Positions 36,660 through 50,939 of a stretch of DNA of 64,000 nucleotides are shown here, one piece after another. Source of the stretch: Antechinus flavipes (Eukaryota); assembly GCF_016432865.1 (NCBI RefSeq), contig NC_067400.1, forward strand, positions 538,904,001 through 538,968,000. Reading direction: 5' to 3'. The notes below the pieces were generated by a model, which was not told where the DNA came from, did no database searches, and worked only from the letters and a program-made list of their open reading frames with translations. A program made the position numbers and the translations under genes. How positions within the stretch are numbered: position 1 is the first letter of the stretch; each line of letters starts with the position of its first letter.

Positions 36660-38325
36660 AATTTTAGAGAACGCTTTATTTGGACAGATTTCTAGCATTA
36701 TCTTTATTTTTCATTAAGGCAATTATATTCCTCCTCTATGGAAGGAGGTTAGCAAGAGAGACAGTTATCTAAGGCTATAGGATAAGTATAGATTAGGCTA
36801 AGGCAAAATTCAAACCTGTGCATATAGATACAATGGAAACATTGATTGGGGGGTCAACATAAGGGATACCTCTTAAAAGAACCAATAGAGGATTTCTACT
36901 GCTTAATGGCTAAAGTCCATTAAGTTAAATCTTTAAATGAGACACCTCTGTCAGCAGATCATTTCAACGCAAATTAGGAGATGGTCTGGTGTTAGTGAGA
37001 ACTGATGTGTTACTTTTAGGCCTTTAAATTTGTTTCTTGAGATTTTCTTAAGTGCAGCTATTCAAATCCACAGAGCTTTTTTTTTTAAAAATTAATTATG
37101 TAACTGACTATTAAACTGGTTATCTGACATGGATAGAATTCATTGGCACATATCCCCATGAGGTGCATCATAAGGATTCTAAAGTTTCATGAAAGTAAAC
37201 TGTTAATGACATGGTCTATATAATAATCGATACACTAAAATTCTGAAAACAAATCACACTAAGGTATGGATACCCCCAATATTGCTAGAAGCAGAGGTAT
37301 TTCTCAACTATTCAATTTTATCTGAATGTTAATGGACATGAATGACTACCATTATGGAGAGACAAACAACTTCAATGAACATATGCAAGTCAAAATCTCC
37401 ATTTACTCCATTTTAATCTCTCCACATTCAAATCTTGGTCAGAGGAAAGAAATGAACTCAGGATTTTGTGCCCAGGTTTCTAAGTCCAATCTTGTCTTGA
37501 ACTGGAACACTATGTGGATAAAAAAAATAGCTGTTTACTTATTGAAAAACTAAAAGGTTGAAATTTTGGAGCTCCATGAGTTTGGGGAGTAAGGCAAGGT
37601 TAAGCCCTGGAGATGGAAGAACATTGCCCAATAATTTAGGCTCAAATCTGATAGGTAGAAGACTGCCCCCGCAAAAAACATACCTTCAATTAATGATAAG
37701 GATGGCTGTAGCTTGGGAAGGGGCAAAGAAAAGTCACAGGCAATGCTAAAAGAAGAGGCTGCAGGTTAGGAACAGGGAATGAGAATTAAAAGAAGAGGCA
37801 CCAGCAAGGAGTATCAAACCAAGAGAACCTCACAGAGACCAAAGACTTTGCATAGACAAGTGATAGATTTCTGCTGACAGTCTTAAAAACTGCTGATTTC
37901 TCTTCTTCCTCCATCACTTTGTTGTCTTAAAAAAATCTCTGCAACTGAATTCTGCTGGGAATAATAACAATACTGTAGTCTTTATATTAGTCTAATGATT
38001 AAAAGGAGGTTGTTGGGCAGGATTTTGAGAAAAGAAAATTTCTGGATTTTCAAGGGAAACAAATATATTCAAGGGTATAAATTATTGAACGTGAGGTTTT
38101 GGGTTTGTTTCTTTTGCAAAGAAATGAAGTACATTTCTATGAAACATAGGATAGGTTATTTGGCTGAACAACTAAATGCTGCTTAGAACCTTGTTTTAAT
38201 GTTATATCTCAAAACTCTGGAATGGCTTAGCCAGTCCACATGCTTCTTGGGTCTTGAAAAGGGCATCCAGTGTTGAGGCAGTCAAAATCGTGTGATTTAG
38301 CCTCTAAGTCCAACCCTATTTGGCC
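36660..38325 (-). other. LCP1: LCP1 3'UTR (approximate end)
   Basis: Largely repeat-free unique sequence after the stop codon, ending near two AATAAA signals; end position inferred. Confidence 0.7.
36675..36708 (-). terminator. LCP1: Candidate LCP1 polyadenylation signals (AATAAA at 36675-36680 and 36703-36708)
   Basis: Plus-strand tttatt twice, ~1.65 kb downstream of the stop codon. Confidence 0.6.
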
Positions 38326-38458
38326 TTATACTTTCTTCATCCCCTTTCCCATGAGACATGCAAAAACTGTCATCACCATTTTAGGTTTCACCTCCACCAG
38401 GTCTTCTGGAAGAGCATATACTCTTGCACCAATTTTTCGGGCCATTGAAATGGCATAT
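38326..38458 (-). CDS. LCP1: L-plastin terminal coding exon (~16): [43 protein letters not shown]
   Basis: 133 nt ending in TAA (plus-strand tta 38326-38328). The ten exons sum to 1311 nt = 436 aa + stop, matching the C-terminal 436 aa of 627-aa human LCP1. The MKKV C-terminus fits LCP1 (MKRV) rather than PLS1/PLS3. Confidence 0.97.
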
Positions 38459-41199
38459 CTAAAAAATAAAATGAGAGATGAATTAAACATCTAAGAGAGG
38501 GGTCATATAATTTCAGTTATGTATCATTTTGAACACATTTGGCTACTGTCTAAAGGGCTCTGGAATAAAAGTTCACATCAGGGTACATTTGGGGCTAATA
38601 GCCAGCTCAGTTCTGATACTCAGTTTAGAAAAGAAGGAAGGTTTCAGATCCTGCCTCCGTTTCAATCTTTTTATATGATCAAGCAATCTCTAAGATTTCC
38701 TTCTATTTCTCACAAAGGACTCTTTATTGTGCAAGGGTATTGCTGAAGAAAGTCACAGACTTGTATGAATATACAAACGTATGCTATTATTTAATACCAT
38801 CTAGACTTTTGCTTTAACTTGGCAATCTGTTGATTCCCTGGTATATGTCCTACAATAGTTATCCCAGAACTTCTCCATTCTTCTGAAAACTATATACCCG
38901 TCTTCTTTCCTCCAACACTGTTAAAAGGACTGCAAGTTTAATTTACTGAAAAGATAGAAGTAACCATCTTCCCCATTCTCTACTTCTAGATGTCTCTGAA
39001 AACTATTCTTTCTTCTTTCCCTCCTATATTGTCTTCAACTATTGAAGAAAACTGTCGTTTCTAGATCACATCCCCCTTCCTGAATCTGAGATCTTATTGC
39101 AGCATTTTCCTTCTTTTCAACATCTTCAATTGTTCTCTTCCTGTTGGCCCATTATTATTAGATTTTAAATACTTTTTGGTCTTCCTTAACTTTAAAAGAA
39201 AAACCCATTTACTTTCAACTGTTACCTCAAATTTCTCTACACTACACTGTAAAGCTATGCTTCCTACCTCTTCTTCCTCATTACTTCCTTTCTCCTTACC
39301 TGAAATTGCACTTTCAAAGTTGAGTCATCTCAAAGTTATCAAATCCATTGTTTCTCAACTACTCTTTATTTTACACAGCCTTTCTGTTAGCATCTGAGGT
39401 TATTTAAGGCTCTTGAATTTTAATGCTATACTTTTATAGTTTTCTTCCTAACCCTATAGTTATACCATGTCTGTCTCCTTTGCTAGTTGCTTTCATTCTT
39501 ACCACTGAGAAAATATAATCAGTTTTCAAAGCTCAATATTGGGCTAGTTCTATTCTGGCTCCAACACTTATAGTCTGGGTGACTATGGGAGAATCACTCA
39601 ATTCTTTATAGCCTCAATTTTTCTTTTTTTCCAAAATGGAGATAAAAATTCTATTTGATATGGTTGCTTTTAGAAAAACATTTACCCAACCCTTAACTGC
39701 TACATAAAATGTGAACTGTTTATTCTTACCTAAATTCTGTTCTTTTGGAAAGCCCATCCATTTTCCTGCCTTCAATTATGACCTCTAGGTTAATTTCCCA
39801 ATCTAAATTTTTAGTCCTGAGCTTTCTCCTGGGTTTCCATCCCTAAATTTGCAACTATCTATTGGACATTTCCATGTGGCTATGTTGCCAAAACCTTAAA
39901 TAACACAACAAAAATTCAACTTTTCTGTTTTTATTAGCAATAACTATTAGTCTTTCAGTTATTCAGGCCCCAAACCTCTGAGTCAACTTTTTACCTTCCC
40001 ACCACCCACATGTAAAAAGTATCTATTTATTATTGGTTTTCCTTTTGATATACCCTTCCAGTTATTGACCTCTGCCTCCGCCTACCCTGGTTCAAGTTTT
40101 AACCACTGAACACCTGAGACTATTGTAATAGTCTCTAAACCAACTATGTTGTCTCCAGTGTCTTCTTCCTTCAACTTACTTTACATATGACTGTCGGGTT
40201 ATTATTAAAATTAATATTTAGTGGGTTTTGTGGATTTTTTTAGAGCTAAGGGGACTTTATAGATCATTATATATAAACTTTATAGCTTATTTAAATCATT
40301 TGGCAATTAAAGAAAATTGCTGTCCTCATGTAACTAATGCCTATACTAAAAAACCTCCAGTATCTTCATTTTTCTAAAAATTAAATCTCAGACTCCTTTG
40401 TCTGATATTTAAAACTCTTTAATTTAGCATTTAAAAATTACAATTTTAGAGAATTGCTCAAACCACCAAGCAATCAAATGATGATCTCAGGGTCAGGAAG
40501 CAATGAATTAGAGGCAGGATTTAAACCCAGTTTTTCCCAAGTTTTAACGGTAGTCGCAGAGAAAATTTCTCATCTAAAAATCCTTGACCAATGAAATTAT
40601 GGTCTGACATATTTTTAAAATATATTTTTCAATTTAATTTTCCTGCTTGACCTTCTCCCTCAATAAATCTTTGTTAATTTAACTTAGTTTTGATTACATC
40701 AAAGTCTCTTGTTTTATATTCAAGAAGTTTTTATTCTTTTAAGGGGCTCAAAACAACTAGCACCAGCATCAACAAACCTTTATGCAATTCTTGTTATGCT
40801 TAAAGTTGTGTTAGGCAGTGGGAATTTCAAGAAATGTGATAGTCCAAGCACTCTCCCACTCATCCACTTAACATCATTTTGGGTGGCTGGATGTACAATT
40901 TAGGATTGGGGAAACAGACAATAAAAGATTCAAGAAGATTTTGCCTGGTTTGATGCTATAAATAATAAGGCTCTTGATTCTCACTTATAATTTCTGAGGT
41001 AGAAGATAGTAAGAATCATTACATCATTGGTTGCAACATCTAAGGGTTTGCATTCTTTTTTGTTTCATAGATCTTTACAAACAATCTAGTGAAACCTAAA
41101 ATTCTTTTCTCAGAATAACACTTTAGAAAGCATGAAATAAGATTACAAAAGTAACAAATTATATTGAATCTGTCATATAAAAACATTTCAATATAATGT

Positions 41200-41465
41200 A
41201 TATGTCATATATACACATACACGTTATGTGTTATAAACAAGTATGTTTATACTTATCTGTTTATATCTATTTATATATGTGTGTTTGTAAGCACATCAAT
41301 ACTTATTTATGTGTAGGTGTATATACATACATAACAGTATTCACATCTTGTTGATATGTGTATATATGTATATGTCCATGTGTATATACATATGCATTCA
41401 CATGTATATATGTATACACACATGTATATATTAATATATAAGTACACACACACATATACATGGAC
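41200..41465. repeat. Degenerate (TA/CA)-rich simple repeat
   Basis: tatatacacatacacg...atgtatatatgtatacacacatg. Confidence 0.85.
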
Positions 41466-44304
41466 CCACAAACAGGTTAATAAGAAACCCTGCTTTAAAC
41501 CCATATACTTGACAGGTAAACAGAGGAAAACCACAAAGCACTCTTAGTTGCCTGAGTCAATGCCATACAATTTCCTTTAAAATTCAGTTCATAATTCAGT
41601 AGGGAATAGCAAACTGGTCTGCAAGCCAGGAATAACTGGACTTCAGTCCCATCTCTGTAATATTCCGGCTGTGTGCCCTGTGAAAATCATTAAACTTTTC
41701 AGGTTAAATGGTCCAGGTTATTTCAAAGAAGATTCCCATATCAATTTGCTTTAGTAGAAGGAACTTTTTTACCAGGAATTTCTTATACCAAGGAAATCAC
41801 AGGACCAATTTCTATCCCAATTAAGTTTGTAGATGCTGGTTTAGTTCTGAGGCTAGTGCTTTAAAAACTTATTGATGTACTTGAAATGTGTTTTTCTAAA
41901 AATTCTTTTTACAAACATTTGTTGTGTGCCTGTTATGAGCAAAACAACATTTTAGGTACTAAAGAAGGTACAAAGTTTAAGTAAGATATGATTCTTGTCC
42001 TCTTTAGCAGGAAGAAATAACACAATGTTACATAAGTGAGTCAGAGTCCCATATCAAAGTTTTGTTTGGGGTTCAAGGTAGAAGCAGAGAATATTTTGTG
42101 GAGGAAGGAGGAAGAAAAATTCAGGCATTGAAACAGTCCTAGTAAAGTCATGAGGCTGGGAGAATACAAAGTATGTTCTACAGATTGGGAGAAGGAAGTT
42201 CAAGAGAACAGTACACTTTAGCTAGAGAAGAGATTTCATCAATGACTGAGAGAAAGAAGGGCTGTTGGGGGAGGAGGCTGGGTGGTTGTGGAATTGAATT
42301 CAAAGTTATTTAAATATATATGTGCACAGAAGTGCTATTAGCAAATCTATATCTAAGTATTAAAAATTATGATGACCCTGGCATGAAGGCTGGAAGAAGG
42401 ATATCATAAAGACAGAATCTTCATGTCAAGTAACTTTGTAACTTCCACTTAATGGGATATTGGGGAAGGACTTGTGCTTCAAGATAGGGAATAAAATGTT
42501 GCCTTTGGAGTTTCAAAGGTGTGTCTACTACTCTAGGAACCCATTCTTGCAAGAATATAAAATAAATCTTTTCCTGCATTAAAAAAAAAAAAAGACGTAG
42601 AATCTTGCATGAGAAGACAACTTAGAGATCATCTACTCTCACCCTTTCATTTCACAGATAAGGAAATTGAGACTCTGAGAGGGGAAGCAACAGAAACAAG
42701 TTCAACTTAAATCCAGGACTACTGACTCCAGATCCATTATTATTGCTCCTGTATCTTGTTGGATCCCTTGACCAATAGGCTATTTCCATAATGGAAATAG
42801 ATGGTAATGACTACCTGTATTAAGGTGATTGTAGAGGAAACAGAGGAAAGGGATGTTGTAGATGAACAAACATGAAACGATTATTAATTGTTTTCTGTCA
42901 CCTTGAAAGGTTTATAGCATTATTTCTAGAGGGAAATAAACTTCAATTTTTAATTAGGTTGACAGTTACACATCTTTCCCCAACTGCTAGGCAATGTTAT
43001 GGGAAGGGTTAGATAGGGCTGAAGATATCAGTTCTTGAGCATGCTTAGCTTACTAATTCTATACTTTATATAAGACAAGGGACATTTTAAACTTCTTTAA
43101 ATGTAGGCACCTAAGTCCTAAGTTCTTTAAGTCACCACCCATTATCCAGGATTCTGGATATTTGTAAATAAAAAATTCAGATCCCTAAGGGACACAGGAA
43201 TAGAACTTAGACATAGGTTTTCCCACTGCCTGCTCCCATGATGTGGGTCATTTGTGAGTAGAGTATTTAATTTGTTTAAGATCTTTCAAGAGAATTGCTG
43301 TGAGCTGATGATCATGAAACTAGTTTTATGAAATTATATGCTGAATTGAGAGGAACGTTGGTATAGTGAATAGATGGCTGACATCAATATCAGTAAGACT
43401 TGACTTCAAGAACCCACTTCTCAAACTGTGGGATGCTGGGCAAGTCACATGATCTCTCAGGACACCAATAACCTCTAAGACTACAAATTGAAAAACAATT
43501 AATGACCTGCATTTTCAGAAGGAATTTCTTCACTTGGAAGATTTCTACACGGACTAAATCACAAGTAAAAAATTGCTGAAAGGTCAACTACTAAAAATTT
43601 GGGCTAATTTTTGACAAAAAGAGTCTTAACCTCAAGAGCCATTTTCTTATACTGCTATGAAAATTAACAGTGTGAACATCAAACAACAATGATAGAAATA
43701 ACACTTAAAACATGTCAACAGCGGCAATAATGCCAGTATGATTCACAAGTTAATGTAAAAAGACTTTTTTATTTTAACACTCTCCCTTATTCCTCTTGGA
43801 AATCTGGGTTCTCTACCCTTGAGAAAAAATTTAAGATCCTGTCACATTTGATAGGCAATGTGGCATTAGGAATCAGGGAGTCCTAGAAACAAGTCTCATC
43901 TCTGACAGTAGCTCTGTGATAAGAAATAAAGTTTCTTAACCTCTTACAATCCATGATGAACTTTCTAAGGTTCTTGTTGCAGAGTAGTGTCAATCTGTAT
44001 TGGTAAAGTGAGTTTCCTATACCAATGAAATCCCTGAGACTACTAAGCAGTGTAGTGGATAGAGCCCTGGGTCTGAAGTCAGGATAGATGTCAGTTCAAC
44101 TCTAGGATCACATGCTAAACAAGTATGTCTGTTTCCCCATATATAAAATAGAGACAAGAACATTATTGACATATTTTTGTGAGGATGAAATGAGGAAATA
44201 TTTGTAAACACTACTAATATATGTAAAACATAATAGGTTATATAAATGCTTATTCTTTTCCTTTCTTCTTCCTACCCCACCAAAAAGAAAATGTTTTTAC
44301 ATAC

Positions 44305-44429
44305 TTGGCATTATTGAGCTTTTCTTCATCATCTAGATTCTCTGTTTTCAAAAGATCATATTTAATGGATCCTGGTTGAATAGCATCAATGAGATCCAGA
44401 ACAGGCATACTTGTGCTGATCTTAGGATC
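44305..44429 (-). CDS. LCP1: L-plastin exon (~15): [42 protein letters not shown]
   Basis: 125 nt, tctag acceptor and gtatg donor, phase 0 to 2. Confidence 0.97.
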
Positions 44430-47400
44430 CTAGAGAAAGAAAGAAATTTTACATACAGATATATATATAGTTATCTCTCCTGTTTTAATTTCCATTGGTC
44501 ACAAGAAGAATAGATCATTCAAGTTACATTTTTGTGATTTCTATACAGTTTATTTTGAGATCTCAGCAGAATTTTATTCCTTCAAATGAACTACTTCAGA
44601 ATGGACTATAACCTCAAGAATGAAAGGAAGAGGCCTCCGGAAGTTCAAATGTATCTATTTATTATTATTTATTTTAAAAAATATTAATATTGGTAACAAT
44701 AAGTCACACTTTTAAAGAACTTTAATATTTACAAAGTTGGGTTTTTTTTCTCCTCCAAACAGCACATTGTAATTATTGTCAAGTGACAGAGAAGGAAATT
44801 GACTCTAAAAGCCACCAAGTGATTTGTCCATAATGACATGGCTAGAAAGTGTCTGAATTGAGACTCAAACCAATATCTATGGAGTCTAAATTTGGTATTC
44901 TTTCCACTCTCTCAGAAAAAATCCAGTTCACAAATACCTGGGAAGATGTCATTCATTCCATTAATGATAAAATACATCTAGCATCAGATAAAAGGAAAAA
45001 CCTTAAAAAAACCTGTAATTTTATGAAATCTGTATTAATAATGAATAAATTTATCATTCCCTACATATTTTAATGAATACTGTTTGGGAGAGAAAGATTA
45101 AGATAGTTCTTACTCTCAGTTTAGTTAAGGAGAAATAACTTAAGATAATGCAATATTTTTTTAAAATGAGAACTAAACTATAGTACAGCCTGCAAGTGAT
45201 GTGGATGTCAGAAAAGGGTTAAATCAGGAAAACTGGAAGAGACAGAAAAGAGTATTCTTGGAAAAGTTTGGCCTTGAATTGGTCTTTAAGAAAGGCTAGT
45301 ATCTGGATGGGCTGAAGAAAGCTGAAGGCAAACTAGGCTCGGGAAGTTGAACAAGACATGTTCACAGGACAGTGAGGAATCTCTGAAATGTACAAGAGAG
45401 TATCATATGCATAAGATAAGGTTGCACATGTATCTGAATGTTAGAGTGGAGGAGCCCTTTTAAGTTCTTGTACAAATAAGAATCATAATGATATGGTGGC
45501 AGTGTATAAGATTCTTATTCTTTCTATTCAGAAGCATTATTTACATATATGCATATACATACATACATACATATATACACACAAATCTATTTATCTATCT
45601 ACCTATCCACATACTCCACACACATTTTTTTAAATGTCATAAGTGATCCCAAAATGCCTGGGAAGGAGAAAGCACAAAGCTAAAATGAGTCAGTCTTTTT
45701 ACTTTCACTTTAATCACTTATTTTAGCCTTCTATCATCATGAACTTTTAATTAGAATTTCTAAGAAGCTAAAATGCCAGATTTGAATTTTACCTTGATTC
45801 CTAGATTTGATTTATTAGATGCGATGCTAACAAGCAGTATAAAGACAATACCACAAGAGGGAGCAGGAGACTAACTAATAATATCAGGAGACGGTTAGGC
45901 AATGAAGCAGCTACAGTGGGGAAAATAGTAGATTTTCAATCAGAAACTCCTGATTTATATCTTGTCTCCACCGTACATTAATTATGTGGCCTTAGGAAAA
46001 AAGCAATTTTTCCTGAGCCTCAACTCTCTGAAATGAAAAATGGGGATAAAAATATTTGTACTTCCTAAAAATGTTATAAAAGTTATAATCCACAAACAGC
46101 ATTTAAAATTGGCTTGGGATGTTTGTATTATTTATGTAAAATACAATATTTGATCCTTAAAAGAGTCCTATGAATTAGGTACTGTTGCAATTATATTCAT
46201 TTTTGTTTATGAGGAAATCTTAGAATGATCAGCCTAAAGTTATACATCTAGTATAGTATACTACTATATATCTAGTAGTATAATCAGTATACATCTGGCT
46301 AACAGAGCCAGACTTGGAACTCAGGGCTTTTGATGGCAAATCCAGACGATTCTTCACCGCATAATTTCAGGACCTTCACAAACTGTATAATACAAAGTTG
46401 ACTGGGAGTACAAATAGAATTCACTCATTTTGTAAGGAAATTTGAAACCAAAATGGCATTTCACTTTTGTACAGGAAGTCCAATGTTTCTCAATTGGGCT
46501 TTCATTTTTACAGAAGATTTGCAGGATGATAACAACAACAACAACAACAACAAATAACCTGAATCTCACTCTTGCTATTTTTATCCCATTAGTTAACACT
46601 GAGAACTATGTTCTACATAGTAATTGCCCAATGGATCTAGAGCAACTCCATTTGCCAAAAGCAGAAGCCACTGGCCTTTTACTGGGGAGGAATGACTTTT
46701 TGTTTCCTTGAAGTATCATGATGCCTGATGCTTCAGGAGACTTGGGATGCTATGGCCAAGGATACTAACTGAGGAAGAAAGGAAGACTTTTCTCTAAGGA
46801 AAGAGTGAGGGTGGAGTTATTCCCCACTGCCCCTTGGGAACACAGTTTGTTATATTGTCTTCCCTAGCAGAATATTCATCAGGCCTCATAGAGGAATTGA
46901 AAGTTAATTGGCTTACACATTTTAAGGAAAATCACCTATTCTATCAACATTTGATCTATATTAGTTGGAGTTAAACTAGGAACTCACGACATCTGGCCAG
47001 CTAAGAGGCATAATGGATAGAATGCCAGACCCGTAATCTGGAAGACCTGAATTCAAATCTAGCCTCAGATATTTACAGCTAGTGTGGGCAAATATTTAAT
47101 TTATTTGCCTCAGTTTTCTCATCTGTAAAATGAGCTGGAGAAGGAAATGCAAACCACTCCAATATCTTTGCCAAGAAAACCCCAAATAGAGCTACAAAGA
47201 GTAAAACATGACTGAACAATAATAACTATTTTCTACTCATTTTAAAAATGCCACAGTATCCAGGATTTTGTTAAAGCAATAGCAAACTTTGACTTTTGTT
47301 TTGCTCTTGATTCATATTACATTAAAAAGAAAAGGGAAAAAAAAGCCTTTTAAAAAAGGAACAAGACTTTTCTTCATCAAAACAACCATAAGTGGTGGTT

Positions 47401-47801
47401 ATGATCTGTCAATCATACTGGCTTTCTGTGTATGTTAACTTCTTAAATGCAATTATTCTGAGACACATGATGCAAGTATTTCTAAAATCAAAGCCTGTGT
47501 TGTATTTCTAAAAAATAAAAATAAAAAGGATGTTGATAAATATGATAGTGTGTGAAAATAAATATCATTCCCAATAATGACTTCTTAGAGAAATCTGTCA
47601 ATATTCATTTCATGTTATAAATGTCACAACAACAATGGGTCATTCTGACCCTAGACTGTTTCAAAGTCAACAAGAAAAAGCTTCTATATTTAACAAACAT
47701 CATATAATGGCATTGTACAATACAACAAAAAACCAGTAAACTTCAACACTGGGAATAAGGATCTAGGTCTTTAACAAGCAATATGGGACTGAGATTTTTA
47801 C

Positions 47802-47925
47802 CTTGAAACTACTGATAGATGAGCACTTCTCAGCTTCTTTCAATGTTTCATTCACCCAATTGACAATAATATCATCATAGACTTTCTGTCCTCCACCAAT
47901 ATCTTCAAGAATACTCAGTGTATAC
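47802..47925 (-). CDS. LCP1: L-plastin exon (~14): [42 protein letters not shown]
   Basis: 124 nt, AG/GT bounded, phase 2 to 0. Confidence 0.97.
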
Positions 47926-47980
47926 CTATTCCCAAAAAAAGAAAAAAACTTTATGTTATCACATAAGAACTCATTACATT

Positions 47981-48125
47981 GGGGCAGATAGGTGGTGCAG
48001 TAGATAGAGCACTATCCCTGAAGTCAGAAGGAGCTGAGTTCAAATCTAGCCTCAGACACTTAACTCTTCCTAGCTGTGAGACCCTGGGCAAGTCACTTAA
48101 CCCCAATTACCTCAGGGAAAAAAAA
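47981..48125 (+). mobile_element. Marsupial CORE-SINE (WSINE1/SINE-1-like)
   Basis: ggggcagataggtggtgcagtagatagagcac...gagttcaaatc...ccccaattacctcag + A tail. Confidence 0.88.
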
Positions 48126-48900
48126 GACATTAAAAAATAATTTATTATGTTAAGTAGAAATAGTAATGATAGTATTTCTTTTTTTTTTTAATCTATCATT
48201 ATTATCATAATAGCAACAACATCATGGCCCAAGAGTAGACACAAAGTACTTTCACTTGCTTTATTTCATTGATATTCATAAGTGGCATTACTATAGATAG
48301 AAATCTAATTATACTCTTTCTGGCTCAGAGGAATACTGTCATATCTGAGGTATTGGAATCACAATGGAGTATTATTGCTTTCTAAGATAATTTTAATTAA
48401 AAGCTTCATTGTTATTATGTCACACAGTACAAATTTCAAAGCTCCCCATCATCTCTCAAGGGGAAAAAAGGAGAGGAGGGAGACAGAAGAAAGCAGAAGA
48501 AGAAAAAGAAAGACCGATGAACAGGGAAGTGTAAATGGAACAAGATTATTCTAGCCAGAGCTACATATTTTACACATAAGTAATGAATTCAAAATAAAAA
48601 TCAGTAACAAAAGCAGAAAATAACTAAAAGCTGAAAGATCGGGTGGACCAGAATAATTGGGGAAAACATTTAAATAGTTTTATCCCAGAGAAGAAAAATT
48701 AACACGAAAACATTTTTTCAAGCAAAAGAAACATTCAAAAGGAAAATGTTAAGAAACTTTTAGGCAGCTAGGTGGCACAATGGACAGAATGCCTGGGCTG
48801 GAGTCAGGAAGACTCCTGTTCCTGAGTTCAAAAGTGAGTTCAGATATTAGCAAGCCAAATCCTGGGCAATTTACTTAATTGCTTAATCCTGGGCAATTTC

Positions 48901-49029
48901 TTTTTTTTTTTTTCTTTCCTGAGGCAATTGGGGTTAAGTGACTTGTCCAGGGTCACATAGTTTAGGAAGTTTTAAGTGTCTGAAATCAGATTTGAACTCA
49001 GGTCCTCCTGAATTCAGGGCTGGTGCTCT
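48901..49029 (-). mobile_element. 5'-truncated WSINE1-like SINE inserted into an older MIR-like SINE, 15-bp TSD
   Basis: TSD atcctgggcaatttc at 48886-48900 and 49030-49044. Confidence 0.85.
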
Positions 49030-49617
49030 ATCCTGGGCAATTTCTTTAGCTCTGTAAAATGAGTTAAAGAAGGAAATGGTAAAAAGCCATTCCAGTACCT
49101 TTGCCAAGAAAACCATAAAAGTTAGGGTTGACTGAACAAAGAAAAGAATTTCTGGTCCCAAAGACTGAACTAGAATAAATCATACCCTTCTGCATAATGT
49201 CACAAAAACTGTCTTGCCTCAGAAATTTCATGGCATATTCTATATGTCTTTGAGTTTATATCCTCAAAAGAGTTTACTCAATAATAATAATATTTTTTGT
49301 TTCCTTTTTTATGCCTACTTACATCTCAGTCCAATACAATTAACATTACCTTAAATTTCTAGGTTATAGAAATAATGGGATTAGACTCAATAACTTTTGA
49401 GATCTCTTTCAATTCTAGAACTAAAATCCCATACAAGTTTAGATTTGACTCCTAAAGGCATCTAGTGATGTCTTCCATTACTGAAAATCACCTTTTGTTG
49501 AGTTTGGCCTACCAGTTAGGCGAAATCCTATTCTTGGTTGCTGAAGTTACTTAGCTCTAAAATGTAGTGACATGTGTCTATTAGCTGGGTAACCAATTTA
49601 TCCAACATAACTAATAC

Positions 49618-49751
49618 CTTCTCATTAACTGCCAAATTAAGGCTAATGTCAATGTGCGGTTTCCTTCATTGAGATCCTGTCCAGCAATGCCAACAAGAGA
49701 AAACTTGGCTTGGTTCTTCCCCAGTTCCACAGCATAGTTACAGTTCTCAAG
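49618..49751 (-). CDS. LCP1: L-plastin exon (~13): [44 protein letters not shown]
   Basis: 134 nt, AG/GT bounded, phase 0 to 2. Confidence 0.97.
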
Positions 49752-50806
49752 CTGTTAATGATCAAACAGAAAAATGATTTAGTATTGTCATCTTCATATG
49801 AAATTTCCATTATAAAGCACATGGGTATAACAGATGATGGATATAATACAAAACTCATTTTTTTTCAAAGTACTAGCCTTTATTCTTAACTCCTCTGAAT
49901 ACTCTTCCCCAGACAGAATAAAGGAATCTATTATCAACATTTTCTATGACTTTTCTTAAATCTGAACCTCTGTTATCATAAATGTAAAGAACTCCCAAGA
50001 ATTAAAAACTCCTTCAATGAAGAAGATGGCAATTTGGCTCTAATTAATAAATTTAAGAGAATTGCCTGAGGTCAAGTGACTCATTGATGGTCACATGGGT
50101 AGTATGTAGAGAGACAGGATTTGAACTTCAGTGTTCCTGATTCCAATGCAGATTCTTTCTCCACTATGCCATGCTACTTCTTATGATGAATAATGTCTAT
50201 CCAGATAGATAGAAAAAAAAAATTAGGGGAAGGCAATTGGAGTCAAATGACTTGCCTAAGGTCACACAGGGTGGGTCTGAGGATGGGTTTAAATTCAGCT
50301 TCTCCTAACTGTAGGGCTAGCACTCTATCCACTGGGCCATCTAGTTGCTCCAAGCAGAAAGTTTTTGTTTTGAAGGTTGAAATCCATTTTCTTGGACTAA
50401 GGAATGAATATGATAAGTAGCCTAGATTTGTATCTCTAGGGGTCTGATTCTATGGTGCAGTGTTGTTGTGGTGTTGTTTGGTTGTTCTAAGAGAACTATA
50501 ACATAAGGGAAATAATCCTATGACAAATAAGTGAATTGGATTTTAAGTGAGGGAGGACTGTGTAAGGTCACCTACCTCACTTTCTTTTCTAGAGTCCTGT
50601 AGGGTGGCAAGATGTAGATCAGAATGACTAAAGATGACCCTGGATGCAAAAGGAAACCTTGACCTCTTTTAAGTTAAGGTCTTTAAATAAGTCTCAGTTT
50701 AACTGAGGCAACATCCATTCATTCAGTGATTAAGGCTAGGTAAGAAATGAGGCAGAGCATGGTCTCTTTTATCTAGTCAAATAGCTTTTCTTTCTCTTTT
50801 CCTCTC

Positions 50807-50939
50807 NNNNNNNNNNNNNNNNNNNNNNNNNNNNNNNNNNNNNNNNNNNNNNNNNNNNNNNNNNNNNNNNNNNNNNNNNNNNNNNNNNNNNNNNNNNNNN
50901 NNNNNNNNNNNNNNNNNNNNNNNNNNNNNNNNNNNNNNN
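50807..50939. other. Assembly gap (133 N) in an LCP1 intron
   Basis: N run flanked by CT-rich and CA/TA-rich simple sequence. Confidence 1.

Noticed and set aside
41307-41547. ORFs rich in Y/I/H/T/V/C
   Set aside because: Artefacts of a TA/CA simple repeat.
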